From NCBI GenBank assembly GCA_013329045.1, contig DUKZ01000015.1, positions 159 through 64,158 of the forward strand: 64,000 nucleotides of DNA, given 5' to 3'. Below, piece after piece: positions 47,911 through 58,219 of the stretch (positions are counted from its first letter, which is position 1; each line of letters opens with the position of its first letter). This DNA comes from Candidatus Woesearchaeota archaeon. GTDB taxonomy: Archaea > Nanobdellota > Nanobdellia > Woesearchaeales > UBA9989. The notes under the pieces were generated by a model. That model was not told the origin of the DNA. It did no database searches and saw nothing but the letters and a program-made list of their open reading frames with translations. The position numbers and the translations under genes were made by a program.

Positions 47911-48690
47911 CTAAAAAAATGATTTAATCTTACTGATTGTTCTTTGTACAAATCCTTGTTTCTGAGGCAATGCTTTTCCAGAACTAGTGTATTTTCGTTC
48001 TCCTGCCGATGGTTTGTAACCTTGTTCTGTTTTAGGCATCTGGGAAACAAGACTCTGGGGGAATTGTTTGGGTGTGAGACTATCCATGAATTGTTTGTAT
48101 TGAGATGATAGGGGTTGTTTATTACTTAACTGATTACCAAACTCTCTCCCTACAGCATTGGATACCAAATCTTCGTAAGTAAATGCGCTATGGGGGGCAG
48201 TGGCAACTTGGCTAACCTCAATAGCGTATCCAACTCCCGTCAAAAAAGCATTACTGGGAGCATTCCCTCCAAATCGCGCATTAGTAAAAAAATGTCTTTG
48301 GTCTATCACTCCGCGTGACTCAGTATAGACAAAATTAGGAGAATAAGAAGAGGTTCCTTGTTGGCTAATAGTAGATTCACCATAAGTTCTATAAGTTTGT
48401 TCAACAATACGTAAAACTTGGTTTGCATCTAAATCAGAATTTCCTTCTTCTAAAGATAGAATATAATCATAAACCTCATCAACAGTTCCCATCTGACTTG
48501 TAACTGGGATATGTCCTGTTGGATCGGTATATTTGTAAGGATTATTTAATTCAAAAACGTACCTGTCAAGTGTTTGAGGATTGTAAGGATCAGGGATTTT
48601 GCTATCTGGCTGAAGAAATCTTGCATGAACTAAATAGGTTAAAGAAACCAGAACCAATAGAGAGATAATTATCTTATGAGAAGTAATCAT
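47911..48690 (-). CDS. secreted protein whose N-terminus resembles the C-terminal end of an RHS repeat-associated core (polymorphic toxin-like)
   Basis: A signal/anchor MITSHKIIISLLVLVSLTYLVHA is followed by DRYVFELNNPYKYTDPTGH, which resembles the NNPxxYxDPxG motif that ends RHS cores and precedes the variable toxin domain. It is then followed by about 200 aa of unrecognised sequence. Confidence 0.4.
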   Translation of the reverse strand: MITSHKIIISLLVLVSLTYLVHARFLQPDSKIPDPYNPQTLDRYVFELNNPYKYTDPTGHIPVTSQMGTVDEVYDYILSLEEGNSDLDANQVLRIVEQTYRTYGESTISQQGTSSYSPNFVYTESRGVIDQRHFFTNARFGGNAPSNAFLTGVGYAIEVSQVATAPHSAFTYEDLVSNAVGREFGNQLSNKQPLSSQYKQFMDSLTPKQFPQSLVSQMPKTEQGYKPSAGERKYTSSGKALPQKQGFVQRTISKIKSFF

Positions 48691-48889
48691 CTCAAACCTA
48701 CCTCTTTATTTATCACAACTTACACCCCCTAGATACATTAGAAATGTCTACTATAAAAGTCTTACTATCTAAAGATTTATACGGTTATACCCTTAGTTCC
48801 ATTTGGTACGCCACTATGGAAATATCCAATCGTGAGTGCGCTCCCCTTCTGTTTTTATAATTTTAGTTCGTGTGTGCCCCAAGTAATAA

Positions 48890-49150
48890 TTGAATTTAAC
48901 AACATTTATATATTCAAAAGAGAGACAAATGACCATGACGAGCTATCACTTCGAAGTGCCCCGGTGGATATCAGTATTTTCTATCCTTTTTATCCTCTTC
49001 TTTAGCTATATCTGGATTGACATTGCCCGCAAGGCTAATAATACTCCCTTCATGCTCCTTGGCATTTTTATGCTGATTTGGACCCTTGTCACTGCCATCT
49101 ACACGCTGATCACTGGAAAGTCGCCATATAAGATGACAGAGAATAAGTAA
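48890..49150 (+). CDS. small two-TM membrane protein
   Basis: 86 aa. Low confidence. Confidence 0.25.
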   Translation: MNLTTFIYSKERQMTMTSYHFEVPRWISVFSILFILFFSYIWIDIARKANNTPFMLLGIFMLIWTLVTAIYTLITGKSPYKMTENK

Positions 49151-49162
49151 GAAACCATGCAA

Positions 49163-50503
49163 TCATATTCTTGAAATTGTTCCAGTCATTGCATCAAGCA
49201 TGATCTTATTACCATCTTTGATTATCTCCGTTGCGCCCTTGACACCAATAATGCAAGGAATGTTTAATTCCCGGCTGACAATTGCTGCATGAGAGGTAAT
49301 GCCGCCAATTTCTGTAATAATGCCTGCAGCTTTTTTTATCCCGGCAATGAAATCAGGAGTGGTTTCTGGACAGATGATGATGCAGCCTTCCTCTACTTTT
49401 GAAAGGTCCTTTGGTGTAAGAACAATAACTGCTTTACCTGTGACATTGCCGGAACAGGCGACCCTTCCTTTCAAAGGGAAATTAGTTGGTTTTTTTTCTT
49501 GGAATTGACGGAGCAGGTTATCTAGTTCTCCTCCAGCAAATATCACCTCATTGTCCTTTGTGGTAAGCATGCCAAATGCATTTTTTCGTTGGTTATAATC
49601 AGGGAGGTGGGAAGGATTTATGAGCGCTCTATTAATCTCTGCTTCAGAAAGCCATATCATGTCTTCATACGATATGCCGATCTTTTTTGCTGCGGAGTAC
49701 AAGCAATTTTTTGCATGGTATTGAACCAAGCCTGAGAGCTCGGCCATGTGCATCCTGGCATACGTGGAAATATTGAGGAGCTGCTGCCACCATTCCAATT
49801 CTTTTGGCAAATTTATTTTTCTTTTTTCCCGGGGGACTTTTGAGGATGATGCAAAGAAATCATTAACCGTGTAAGGGGTGATGATAAAGTGATGAACACC
49901 GGTCATACTGAATTTTACTAGATGATCTTCTGTTTTTTCTGCCAAATCCGGATCCTTCTTTTTTATGATGTTCATGTCTTTGGGAAGGCGTTTTTCTTCA
50001 ATGTTTTTCAATAACCGGGCAGCTTCTTCTGCCTTTTTTGCGAAGAAGAGCTTTTTAATTGGGTGGATCTGGGCAGCAAACTCAGCGACATCAACTTTAT
50101 TTCTGCGACAAACATCTTCAATGGCCGCCTCAAGAGATTTATCAATCATAACAAAAAAATTCCAAGGATTCGTGAGGTCCTGCATTGCCTGGCATACTTT
50201 TTCAAAACCTTCCCATCGGTTTTCAAATTTCACTCTTTGAATTTTCCCACTGACTTCATCAACCCATTTCTGCAGCATAGTAAGAAGATCGTCATTTACA
50301 TGAGAAACAATAAACTCTTTGATTGCTGCAAAGTCCTTCTTCAAAAAGAAAAAATGCCCATCAAGATACAGGAGTGATCCAGCAATTCCTTTTAGGCCAA
50401 AAGGGAAATTATTATCCTGATCCCAGGCTCCCCAGAAATGGGCAGAGAGCGTTGGCTGGATCCACCTGCCATGATATTCCCAGTCATTCTTGTTGAGCTT
50501 CAT
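49163..50503 (-). CDS. PEP-utilizing enzyme mobile-domain protein (PpsA-like phosphotransferase)
   Basis: C-terminal PEP-utilisers mobile domain with catalytic His, GIITEIGGITSHAAIVSRELNIPCIIG. The N-terminal ~330 aa are unrecognised. Confidence 0.65.
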   Translation of the reverse strand: MKLNKNDWEYHGRWIQPTLSAHFWGAWDQDNNFPFGLKGIAGSLLYLDGHFFFLKKDFAAIKEFIVSHVNDDLLTMLQKWVDEVSGKIQRVKFENRWEGFEKVCQAMQDLTNPWNFFVMIDKSLEAAIEDVCRRNKVDVAEFAAQIHPIKKLFFAKKAEEAARLLKNIEEKRLPKDMNIIKKKDPDLAEKTEDHLVKFSMTGVHHFIITPYTVNDFFASSSKVPREKRKINLPKELEWWQQLLNISTYARMHMAELSGLVQYHAKNCLYSAAKKIGISYEDMIWLSEAEINRALINPSHLPDYNQRKNAFGMLTTKDNEVIFAGGELDNLLRQFQEKKPTNFPLKGRVACSGNVTGKAVIVLTPKDLSKVEEGCIIICPETTPDFIAGIKKAAGIITEIGGITSHAAIVSRELNIPCIIGVKGATEIIKDGNKIMLDAMTGTISRI

Positions 50504-50587
50504 TCTTATTTCATTGAAGGAATAATTAATGTTCCAGTTACGCTGTCCATCGTTTGATAGCTGGATTCATATGTCTTTCGGAGATCT

Positions 50588-51193
50588 TCAATTGTCCTTA
50601 TTATCATTTCCTGACTCATCTTTCTCACCCTGTTTTTGTACTTTCACACCTTCACTTGTGTCTGTTACCAGGTATCCTTCGCAGTCATATGCTTCACAAG
50701 CTGCTTCTAAATTAGCTGGAGTATCCTCATACACGGCGACAATGTCAGCATCAGGGATATAGATACCTTGAGCCTTTCGCCACGTTCTAGGGTCCTTTTT
50801 TGAACCACAATGGTTAATGGCATATACATCCTCTTCGTCAATAAGCCCCGACTCTACCAATGTACGTGTCGAGCGTCTTGCGCCTTCTTCATTATCAGCA
50901 GTCATAATGACGGGGTGGATGCCACGTCTTTTATATGATCCTATGACCCTTTCAATGCCATCAATTGTTCTTGGAATGAGCCTTCCAGCATCAACCTCTT
51001 CGACTGTCCATTCCAGCTGTGTTTCATAGGGAACATCTCTGAGCATTTCCTCAACGGTGAGTCCATGGTCAGCTGCAATCATCTCCTGATAAAACCGCTT
51101 ATGATTCATGTACCCACTGGAATCTGGGACTGTACCTGTGTACCCTTGGACCGTTCCCAGTGCATCAAATACTACTATTGGACTTTGCTTCAT
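50588..51193 (-). CDS. HAD-like hydrolase (putative)
   Basis: IVVFDALGTV near the N-terminus, with spacing like HAD motifs. Confidence 0.35.
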   Translation of the reverse strand: MKQSPIVVFDALGTVQGYTGTVPDSSGYMNHKRFYQEMIAADHGLTVEEMLRDVPYETQLEWTVEEVDAGRLIPRTIDGIERVIGSYKRRGIHPVIMTADNEEGARRSTRTLVESGLIDEEDVYAINHCGSKKDPRTWRKAQGIYIPDADIVAVYEDTPANLEAACEAYDCEGYLVTDTSEGVKVQKQGEKDESGNDNKDN

Positions 51194-51312
51194 CGCCTAT
51201 ACCTCATGTATGTTACTATTATTTAGTAGCGTTATATATAAAAATCTTGCCATACCAGCAGTGGTGTTATTATTTAGGAATATTTTTATAGAACGGGGGG
51301 CTTACAAAAGAT

Positions 51313-52071
51313 ATGGATACCTCCAGCCTCAAGGAAGCAGGGCTTACAGATGGAGAAATAAAGGTCTATCTAGCCCTCCTGGAACTTGGATCCTCAACGA
51401 GCGGACCAATAACAGAAAAATCAGGAGTCTCCCGGTCAATCATTTATCAGCTCCTCGACCAACTCACTGAAAAGGGCCTTGTTGGATATACTATCGTGGA
51501 AAAAACAAAATATTTCCAGGCGAGCAGCCCAAACACCATTATCGATTTACTCGAGGAACGGAAAAAAAAGTTGGATGAGAACAAAACAAAGATTGCATCA
51601 CTCATTCCCCAACTATCACTCCTTCGAAACTTGGCACCATCACAGGAAGTGACCGTGTTCAAGGGCTTTCGGGGCCTACAAACGGCGCATGAGCATACGT
51701 ATGAGAAACTCAAGCAGGGGGAAGGATATTTCTACTTGGGAATTGCTCCAGCCCAGCCAGAATTTGTCCATGCGTATTGGAAACGGGATCATCTTCGCAG
51801 GATAAAAGCAGGAATCAACTGCCAACTCCTCTTCCATCCGGACACGCCAAGGAGCATCCTTGCGAATAGGAACAGCTACAAAAAATGTGATGCGCGATAC
51901 ATGCCAATTGCCTTTGATACTCCGGTTTGGTTTATGGGATACAAAGATGTTACTGTGATAGGCTTTGCTTCTGGGGGACCCATAACCATCGAAATAGTCA
52001 ACAAAGAGATTGCTGAATCATTCTATTCATTTTTCAAACAATACTGGGAAAAAAGCCGTCCTTTTTCTTGA
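51313..52071 (+). CDS. TrmB family transcriptional regulator
   Basis: N-terminal wHTH LKEAGLTDGEIKVYLALLELGSSTSGPITEKSGVSRSIIYQLLDQLTEKGLV, followed by a TrmB C-terminal effector domain. Confidence 0.8.
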   Translation: MDTSSLKEAGLTDGEIKVYLALLELGSSTSGPITEKSGVSRSIIYQLLDQLTEKGLVGYTIVEKTKYFQASSPNTIIDLLEERKKKLDENKTKIASLIPQLSLLRNLAPSQEVTVFKGFRGLQTAHEHTYEKLKQGEGYFYLGIAPAQPEFVHAYWKRDHLRRIKAGINCQLLFHPDTPRSILANRNSYKKCDARYMPIAFDTPVWFMGYKDVTVIGFASGGPITIEIVNKEIAESFYSFFKQYWEKSRPFS

Positions 52072-52116
52072 TCAGTGCCAAAAGGTGTGCTGCTCTCAGC
52101 GCTGACAGTATGCTTA

Positions 52117-52551
52117 CTACCACCCAAACTCGCTGTATAAAATATTTTTTTGGAAGCACTCAATTGCCTGCTTCACGTAGGGAATGATATTTTTTGGAAG
52201 AGCATTTTTTTCACACCATCGCAGCTCATCACATTTTCCTGGTTCCTTGTTTATGGGCGTTCCTTCCCAAGCACCTGCTGTGAAAAAGAAATCAATGCGC
52301 TCTACTGATGGGCATTTTCTATGCATCATGTGTACAACGTGGAGGTGTTCTGGCTTGATTGTTATTCCTGCCTCTTCTTTTGCCTCCCTGATCATCGCCT
52401 CTGTTGCCGTCTCGCCGCCGTCAAAATGGCCAGCAATGACAGAATAGTTTCCATCCTCAAAGCCGGTGTTGAACCGCCGAAGGAGGAGAATTCTTGATTT
52501 GTCCATCAAGAGCAGGTGTACTGTTGGGATGACAGTGAAACGTTGTTTCAT
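52117..52551 (-). CDS. Nudix hydrolase
   Basis: Nudix box GGETATEAMIREAKEEAGI. Confidence 0.85.
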   Translation of the reverse strand: MKQRFTVIPTVHLLLMDKSRILLLRRFNTGFEDGNYSVIAGHFDGGETATEAMIREAKEEAGITIKPEHLHVVHMMHRKCPSVERIDFFFTAGAWEGTPINKEPGKCDELRWCEKNALPKNIIPYVKQAIECFQKNILYSEFGW

Positions 52552-52659
52552 TTTTGTTATAGAGGAAGCTTCCCTATTAATGGTTTTTGGTAGACGAATG
52601 ATACTATCGATGATAGCTTCAACACAACCTATTTATACTCTCTTTTTTTCTCTTTATTC

Positions 52660-53466
52660 ATGGAAACAATAAAACTCTCCTCTGGGTATTCAATACCAAT
52701 CCTTGGCCTTGGCACTTGGCAGCTCAAAGGACAACGGTGCACCGAAATCGTCAAGAACGCAATAGAAGAGGGATATACCCACATTGATACTGCATGGATC
52801 TATGAGAATCAGGAAGAGATTGCCCCTGCCATTGCCGAGCATGAGAGGAAGAAACTGTTTATCACATCAAAACTTTGGCGAGACCAGCTCTCGTATTCAG
52901 ATGTGCTTGAGCAATGTGATGAGACACTTTCACAGCTTGGCATTGATTATCTTGACCTCTACCTCATCCACTGGCCAAACAAAGACATACCAATGGAAGA
53001 GACATTCAATGCATTAGCGAAGCTCGCCACGGATGGGAAGGTAAAGAGCATTGGTGTTTCAAACTTTACTATTACTCACCTGAAAAAGGCCCTTGGCATC
53101 TCTAAAATACCAATCACGATGAACCAGGTAGAGTATCATCCCTACCTAAACCAGGAGGACCTGCTCGCGTACTGCAACGACAACAACATTACGCTGACGG
53201 CATACAGCCCGCTTGGGCGAGGGATTGTGTTAAAGGATCGCGTGATCCTGGCCATTGCGGAGAGGAAGAAAAAGACACCGGCACAAGTTGCCCTCCGATG
53301 GCTCATCCAAAAGGGCATCATTGTCATTCCAAAAACGACGCGGGAAGAGCGATTGCCGGAAAACCTTTTGGCACTTGACATCACCCTGACAGCGGAAGAA
53401 ATGAAACAGATTGACACCCTAAACAGGAATGAACGAATCGTCCATCCAGGGTTTGCTGAATTCTAA
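52660..53466 (+). CDS. aldo/keto reductase
   Basis: LGLGTWQ, IDTAWIYENQEE, LYLIHWP and IPKTTREERLPEN motifs. Confidence 0.9.
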   Translation: METIKLSSGYSIPILGLGTWQLKGQRCTEIVKNAIEEGYTHIDTAWIYENQEEIAPAIAEHERKKLFITSKLWRDQLSYSDVLEQCDETLSQLGIDYLDLYLIHWPNKDIPMEETFNALAKLATDGKVKSIGVSNFTITHLKKALGISKIPITMNQVEYHPYLNQEDLLAYCNDNNITLTAYSPLGRGIVLKDRVILAIAERKKKTPAQVALRWLIQKGIIVIPKTTREERLPENLLALDITLTAEEMKQIDTLNRNERIVHPGFAEF

Positions 53467-53532
53467 AGATTTATTCGTTCTGAATCGGTCTGAATCCGAA
53501 TATTTAAATATGAAGAAGATTGCAGAGAGGTC

Positions 53533-54120
53533 ATGGGAAAAAAGAGGGTGATAATGTATAAGAGCCAGGACTACCCACCAGCACTGCTCACCCTCCGCAG
53601 AAAAAGATCAGCCTTGATTGAAAAGATCTCCCGCATCGAGAAGGAAGAGGAGGAAATCCTTCAACAGCTCACAAAAAGCCAAAGAGAAGAGGAACACAAA
53701 AAACAGCAGATCCTGCAGGGCATCAAGCATTTTACCTTCAACGAATACGCCCAGATCGTCATTGGGACGTGCGTTTTTGGCATCCCTGCAATCTTTAGCC
53801 CGGACATGTGGGACATCCTCCCACGGGTCAATGTCATGTTTCTCTTCTACATTCACCTCTTCTTCCTCGCCTGCGTCTTTCTTGCCCTCAATTATGAGTT
53901 CAGGGATGACTTCAACCTGAATGCCAGCTTCCTCAAACTCCTTGCAAAGCGATTCTATTATGTGTATTTCTCAGTTGCCATGGTGGTGGTGCTTTTGCTC
54001 ACCCTCCTCGATAAACTTGCATATCATCTCACTATGCTGGAAATTACTAAAAATTTCATTTCAACACAATCAGTTGGGCTCTTTGGAGCTGTCACGTTTT
54101 CATTCCTGAAGAAAGATTGA
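53533..54120 (+). CDS. hypothetical membrane protein with an N-terminal charged coiled coil
   Basis: 195 aa, three TM helices after a K/E-rich segment. Confidence 0.4.
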   Translation: MGKKRVIMYKSQDYPPALLTLRRKRSALIEKISRIEKEEEEILQQLTKSQREEEHKKQQILQGIKHFTFNEYAQIVIGTCVFGIPAIFSPDMWDILPRVNVMFLFYIHLFFLACVFLALNYEFRDDFNLNASFLKLLAKRFYYVYFSVAMVVVLLLTLLDKLAYHLTMLEITKNFISTQSVGLFGAVTFSFLKKD

Positions 54121-54587
54121 CCATGAAAAACAAAAAAAAGCACCCGGACATCACATTTCTTCTTGCCTATACAAAAAAGAATATGCTCCTTGGCGGTCTT
54201 GGAACCCTCCTGGGATATCTCTTCTATACGTTCGTCCTCCACCAGCAGAGCCTCTCAAAAGATATAAAAACACTCTACTGGATCGTTTATTGCGGCGGCT
54301 TCCTTTTATTCCTCTTGACTTCAATAATCGCTTACCAATCAACTCATACCCTCACTGGCAGGGACGGGGCGGGAAGAATTGCCGGCAGAAGGGGACTTTT
54401 CACTTTTACCATCATGACAATCATCATCCTCGCCCTGCTTGTCCTGACAAAAATGATATCATGGCAAACACCATTTCTTGTATTCCTCCAGCACTTCTTT
54501 TCTCTCTTAATAGTGTCCACATTTTTTGCACTTCCGCTCGATTATGGCATTGCAGCACTCATTGAAAGAGAAAAATCCAAGCGATAA
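54117..54587 (+). CDS. integral membrane protein
   Basis: 156 aa, four TM helices, 4-nt overlap with the previous gene. Confidence 0.4.
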   Translation: MTMKNKKKHPDITFLLAYTKKNMLLGGLGTLLGYLFYTFVLHQQSLSKDIKTLYWIVYCGGFLLFLLTSIIAYQSTHTLTGRDGAGRIAGRRGLFTFTIMTIIILALLVLTKMISWQTPFLVFLQHFFSLLIVSTFFALPLDYGIAALIEREKSKR

Positions 54588-54612
54588 TTACAGAAATACT
54601 AATCGATCGACG

Positions 54613-56049
54613 CTACACCTTATATTTTTTCTTTGTTTGGATGGCGCCCGTGACGATGTCCCTCCTGCGCATGAGCCTCATGAGTCCTCGCACGCCAGAC
54701 TCCTTATAGATCATCTTCAAGAACTTGATTGGCTCTTTTCCTTTGAATGCTTTCAGGTATGACCCCTTGATGCCATCAGAAAACATGGTATAAATCACTT
54801 CACCTGAAAGATCGGGATAATCGATGATTGCTCTGTTTAAGCCATTAAGGTCGTCCCAAGAATCCATCTTGAGCCAGCCATTTGCCTTTGCCTCCTCATA
54901 CAGCGGCGTTCCAGGGAATGGAGCTGCCATGCTCATCTGGAACGAATCACCATATTTCTGGGCGAATTCTATGGTCTTGAGCATTGTTTCCTCAGTCTCT
55001 CCCGGAAGACCAAGGCAGAAGGTGAGGTGAGTCTTGATGCCGATCTTCTTGCAATGATTGACCGTATCCTCAACCATCTTTACCGTGATGCCTTTCCCGA
55101 GGCGCCGCAGGATCTCATCATCTGCCACTTCAACACCAAACTTCATCCCATTGCAGCCAACAGACCTCATCAGATCCAGCGTCTCTTTCTTGACTGAAAC
55201 ATGGCCCATCGCCTTCCATGGGATGCCAAGCTCCGCATTTTTTATCTCATGACACAGTTCAACTAGCCTTGGCTGGAGGACGGTGATATTATCATCATCA
55301 AAATAGAGTTCCTTCATCTTGTAGGTATCGACCAGAAACTTCATCTCTTTTGCCGTGTCCTTTGGGCTTCGATACCGTATCTTCCTATTGTGGCTCATCA
55401 GGTAAATATTACAATAATTGCAGCGATAGGGGCACCCTCTGGAAAAGAGCATGTTCGCGTTTGGGTACTCATCACAGAACGTCTCGTTGTAGAGCTTGAT
55501 ATTGAATAATTCCCTTGCCGGCCAGGGAATGGTGTCCAGCTCGACATTTTCGGGGGACTTGATTATCTTGTCTGTTGTTTTGCCTGAGACAAGGTCATTT
55601 GCGGTAAAATCATATTCCCCCACAAGGACGTGGTCGATGATGCCTTCATTCTCCTTGATCACCTCTTCTGGGAGGGCTGTTGGGTGCTGACCTGCCGCTA
55701 CCAGCTTTGTCCTTGGAGATGCCTCTTTTACTTTTTTGAACATGAGGCAATCGGAACTATATGAAGGAGAACTCATCTCGGAGACCATGAAATCGGGGGA
55801 AAATTCCCTGACCAGCAACAAGAAATCATCAACAGAGGTCTTCTCTGCCAGACAATCAATCACTTTGATCTCATGGCCATGGTCCCTAATGACTGCTGAT
55901 GCATAGCCTAGATAAAATGGAAAAGCGCGAAAGCTGACAACCGGCTCTTTGTCTGATGTATGGCTCCATCTCATCCCTTCTCTTGCCTGATACTTGCTGC
56001 CTGGCTTTGGCCAAGGCAGGCACGCCATCAAAACTCTTGCCATGCTCAT
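54613..56049 (-). CDS. B12-binding (class B) radical SAM protein
   Basis: N-terminal cobalamin-binding-like domain and a radical SAM cluster motif FSRGCPYRCNYCNI. The start is at the internal Met. Confidence 0.75.
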   Translation of the reverse strand: MSMARVLMACLPWPKPGSKYQAREGMRWSHTSDKEPVVSFRAFPFYLGYASAVIRDHGHEIKVIDCLAEKTSVDDFLLLVREFSPDFMVSEMSSPSYSSDCLMFKKVKEASPRTKLVAAGQHPTALPEEVIKENEGIIDHVLVGEYDFTANDLVSGKTTDKIIKSPENVELDTIPWPARELFNIKLYNETFCDEYPNANMLFSRGCPYRCNYCNIYLMSHNRKIRYRSPKDTAKEMKFLVDTYKMKELYFDDDNITVLQPRLVELCHEIKNAELGIPWKAMGHVSVKKETLDLMRSVGCNGMKFGVEVADDEILRRLGKGITVKMVEDTVNHCKKIGIKTHLTFCLGLPGETEETMLKTIEFAQKYGDSFQMSMAAPFPGTPLYEEAKANGWLKMDSWDDLNGLNRAIIDYPDLSGEVIYTMFSDGIKGSYLKAFKGKEPIKFLKMIYKESGVRGLMRLMRRRDIVTGAIQTKKKYKV

Positions 56050-56159
56050 ATGGTTTTGATGATCTTTTAAAAACGTTGTGTTTACCTTTTCTACAGGAAC
56101 AATAGTGCGCTTCAGCAAACCGAAAGGAATAAAAGCATCTTCCTGATGCCAAGATTCCC

Positions 56160-57536
56160 ATGAGATATGCAAGAATCCTTATCATCATCACAGCAGCACT
56201 CCTCTTTGCCAGCATTGCCGCATCGATGGAAGAAGGAAGCGGGACAGGAGATGGTCCTTCTTATACGATAGACTTTCTTTGGATAGCGCTCATCCTGATT
56301 ATTGCCAAGCTCTCGAGTCTTGTCGAAAAGTGGGGGCAGCCAGCTGTGCTCGGGGAGCTGATCGTTGGAGTCATCCTTGGGAACCTCACCATGCTTGGCA
56401 TCAATGCCCTCGCTCCTATCGGAACTGACCCTATCATCCTGTTCTTGTCAGAGCTTGGAGTGATTATCCTATTATTCCAGATAGGACTTGAATCAAATAT
56501 TGAGGAGATGAAGAAGGTTGGGGTGCCTTCCATGCTCGTTGCGATTGTCGGGGTCATTGTGCCGTTTGTTCTGGGTACGGTGATCATCGGACCATGGCTT
56601 CTTCCAGGGTTGAGCCAGAATGCGTATTTATTCCTTGGAGCAACCTTGACTGCAACCTCTGTTGGCATCACAGCCCGGGTGTTCAAGGATTTGGGCAAAC
56701 TGCATACCAAAGAGGCACGCATTGTCCTTGGAGCTGCAGTCATCGATGATGTCTTTGGCCTTGTCATCCTGGCAGTCGTTTCCGCGATTGTCACCGCAGG
56801 CAGCGTCTCAGCACTCAGTGTTGGCATCATTACCCTAAAAGCGCTCGTGTTCCTCATCGGCTCGATCATGATCGGCCAGAAGATCGCATCACCTATAGGA
56901 AAATGGCTCTCAGAAGTCCATACCGGCGTTGGGATGAAATTTGCCCTCGCTGCGAGCTTTTGTTTCATCTTTGCCTACTTTGCACAAATTATTGGCCTTG
57001 CCCCGATTGTTGGCGCATTTGCAGCCGGACTTATCATGAAACCGGTGCACTTCACATATTTCATCGAGCCGGAAGTGGTAACCGACATCAAAGAACACAT
57101 CAAAAACCACCATGACCAGCAAGCAGTCGACCGAGTCATCCAAAAGCACAGCCATAAGCATGTTGAGGATTTAATTGCGCCACTAGGGCTATTATTTGTG
57201 CCCATCTTTTTTGTTCTCACCGGCTTTACGGTTAATCTTGCTACACTCTTTGATGTGAAGATCCTCCTGATAGCGCTTGGCATCACTATTGCTGCAGTGA
57301 TTGGAAAAGTTGTTGCCGGCTATGCAGTCAAGGGAGTAGACAGGAAAATAGTTGGGTGGGGGATGGTCCCTCGAGGCGAAGTTGGCCTCATTTTTGCCAC
57401 TATCGGCAAAGGCCTGGGCGTTGTGAGCGACCAGGTGTATTCTGTTATTGTCATCGTCGTCATCCTGACAACCTTGATGACACCGCCGATCCTTTCTTTT
57501 CTGATCAAACGGATGAAAACAGAAGCGCCAGCATAA
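56160..57536 (+). CDS. cation:proton antiporter, CPA2 (Kef/NapA-like)
   Basis: 458 aa, about 12 TM, with a GELIVGVILGN-type N-terminal motif. Confidence 0.75.
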   Translation: MRYARILIIITAALLFASIAASMEEGSGTGDGPSYTIDFLWIALILIIAKLSSLVEKWGQPAVLGELIVGVILGNLTMLGINALAPIGTDPIILFLSELGVIILLFQIGLESNIEEMKKVGVPSMLVAIVGVIVPFVLGTVIIGPWLLPGLSQNAYLFLGATLTATSVGITARVFKDLGKLHTKEARIVLGAAVIDDVFGLVILAVVSAIVTAGSVSALSVGIITLKALVFLIGSIMIGQKIASPIGKWLSEVHTGVGMKFALAASFCFIFAYFAQIIGLAPIVGAFAAGLIMKPVHFTYFIEPEVVTDIKEHIKNHHDQQAVDRVIQKHSHKHVEDLIAPLGLLFVPIFFVLTGFTVNLATLFDVKILLIALGITIAAVIGKVVAGYAVKGVDRKIVGWGMVPRGEVGLIFATIGKGLGVVSDQVYSVIVIVVILTTLMTPPILSFLIKRMKTEAPA

Positions 57537-57584
57537 GCATTACATCGCAAAAAAAAGATCACAGAAGATTACAGAAAAAAGATT

Positions 57585-57923
57585 CTATGGGGTTTTGGGA
57601 TTTCTTGCAATGACAGCGCCCCTGCCGGTGATGACCAGGTAATTGCCTTTCAGAGCAGCAATGTCTCCCCTGCCTTCAATGCCGCGCTTGAACTTGCTCA
57701 CAGCATATTTTAGCTCAAATTCGTTCCTGAACTTCAACGGACTGTAATTGACGATCGCAATGTTGCCTTTCACCACAAAATCAAGAACCTCTGCTACCTG
57801 ATCGACTTCAGAGAGCTTATATATCTTAAAGACCGGCCGTCCATCTTTCTTTTGTCCGTAATCCTCCACCCATCCTTCGCCGGCGAGGATGGGATCATGT
57901 TTCTTCTTCCCGAATAATCCCAT
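57585..57923 (-). CDS. sepF: cell division protein SepF
   Basis: DUF552 core ...VLDFVVKGNIAIVNYSPL...GDIAALKGNYLVITGRG. Confidence 0.7.
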   Translation of the reverse strand: MGLFGKKKHDPILAGEGWVEDYGQKKDGRPVFKIYKLSEVDQVAEVLDFVVKGNIAIVNYSPLKFRNEFELKYAVSKFKRGIEGRGDIAALKGNYLVITGRGAVIARNPKTP

Positions 57924-58219
57924 AGTTCCCTCCCCTGTTCTTTGTCGTGAGATTTATATAAACTTATGTGTGGCAGAGAAGATAGCTAAGCAGGAACATG
58001 AGGGGTAAACGGCATTGAACATAAATTATTTGGTTCGACAACACCATCATTGGCAGGAAAGTTCTCATGGTGAAAATAACCCTGGCAACACCACTACTGG
58101 CAGGCAGACCGGTTTTGTGCCAAAACCTTCGCTCAGAGACTGAGCGATCTGCGCCAGTGGTGTTGCCTAAACGAATTTATGTTTTTTGTGCCAGTTGTGT
58201 TGCTATCTTCAGTTTTCTT

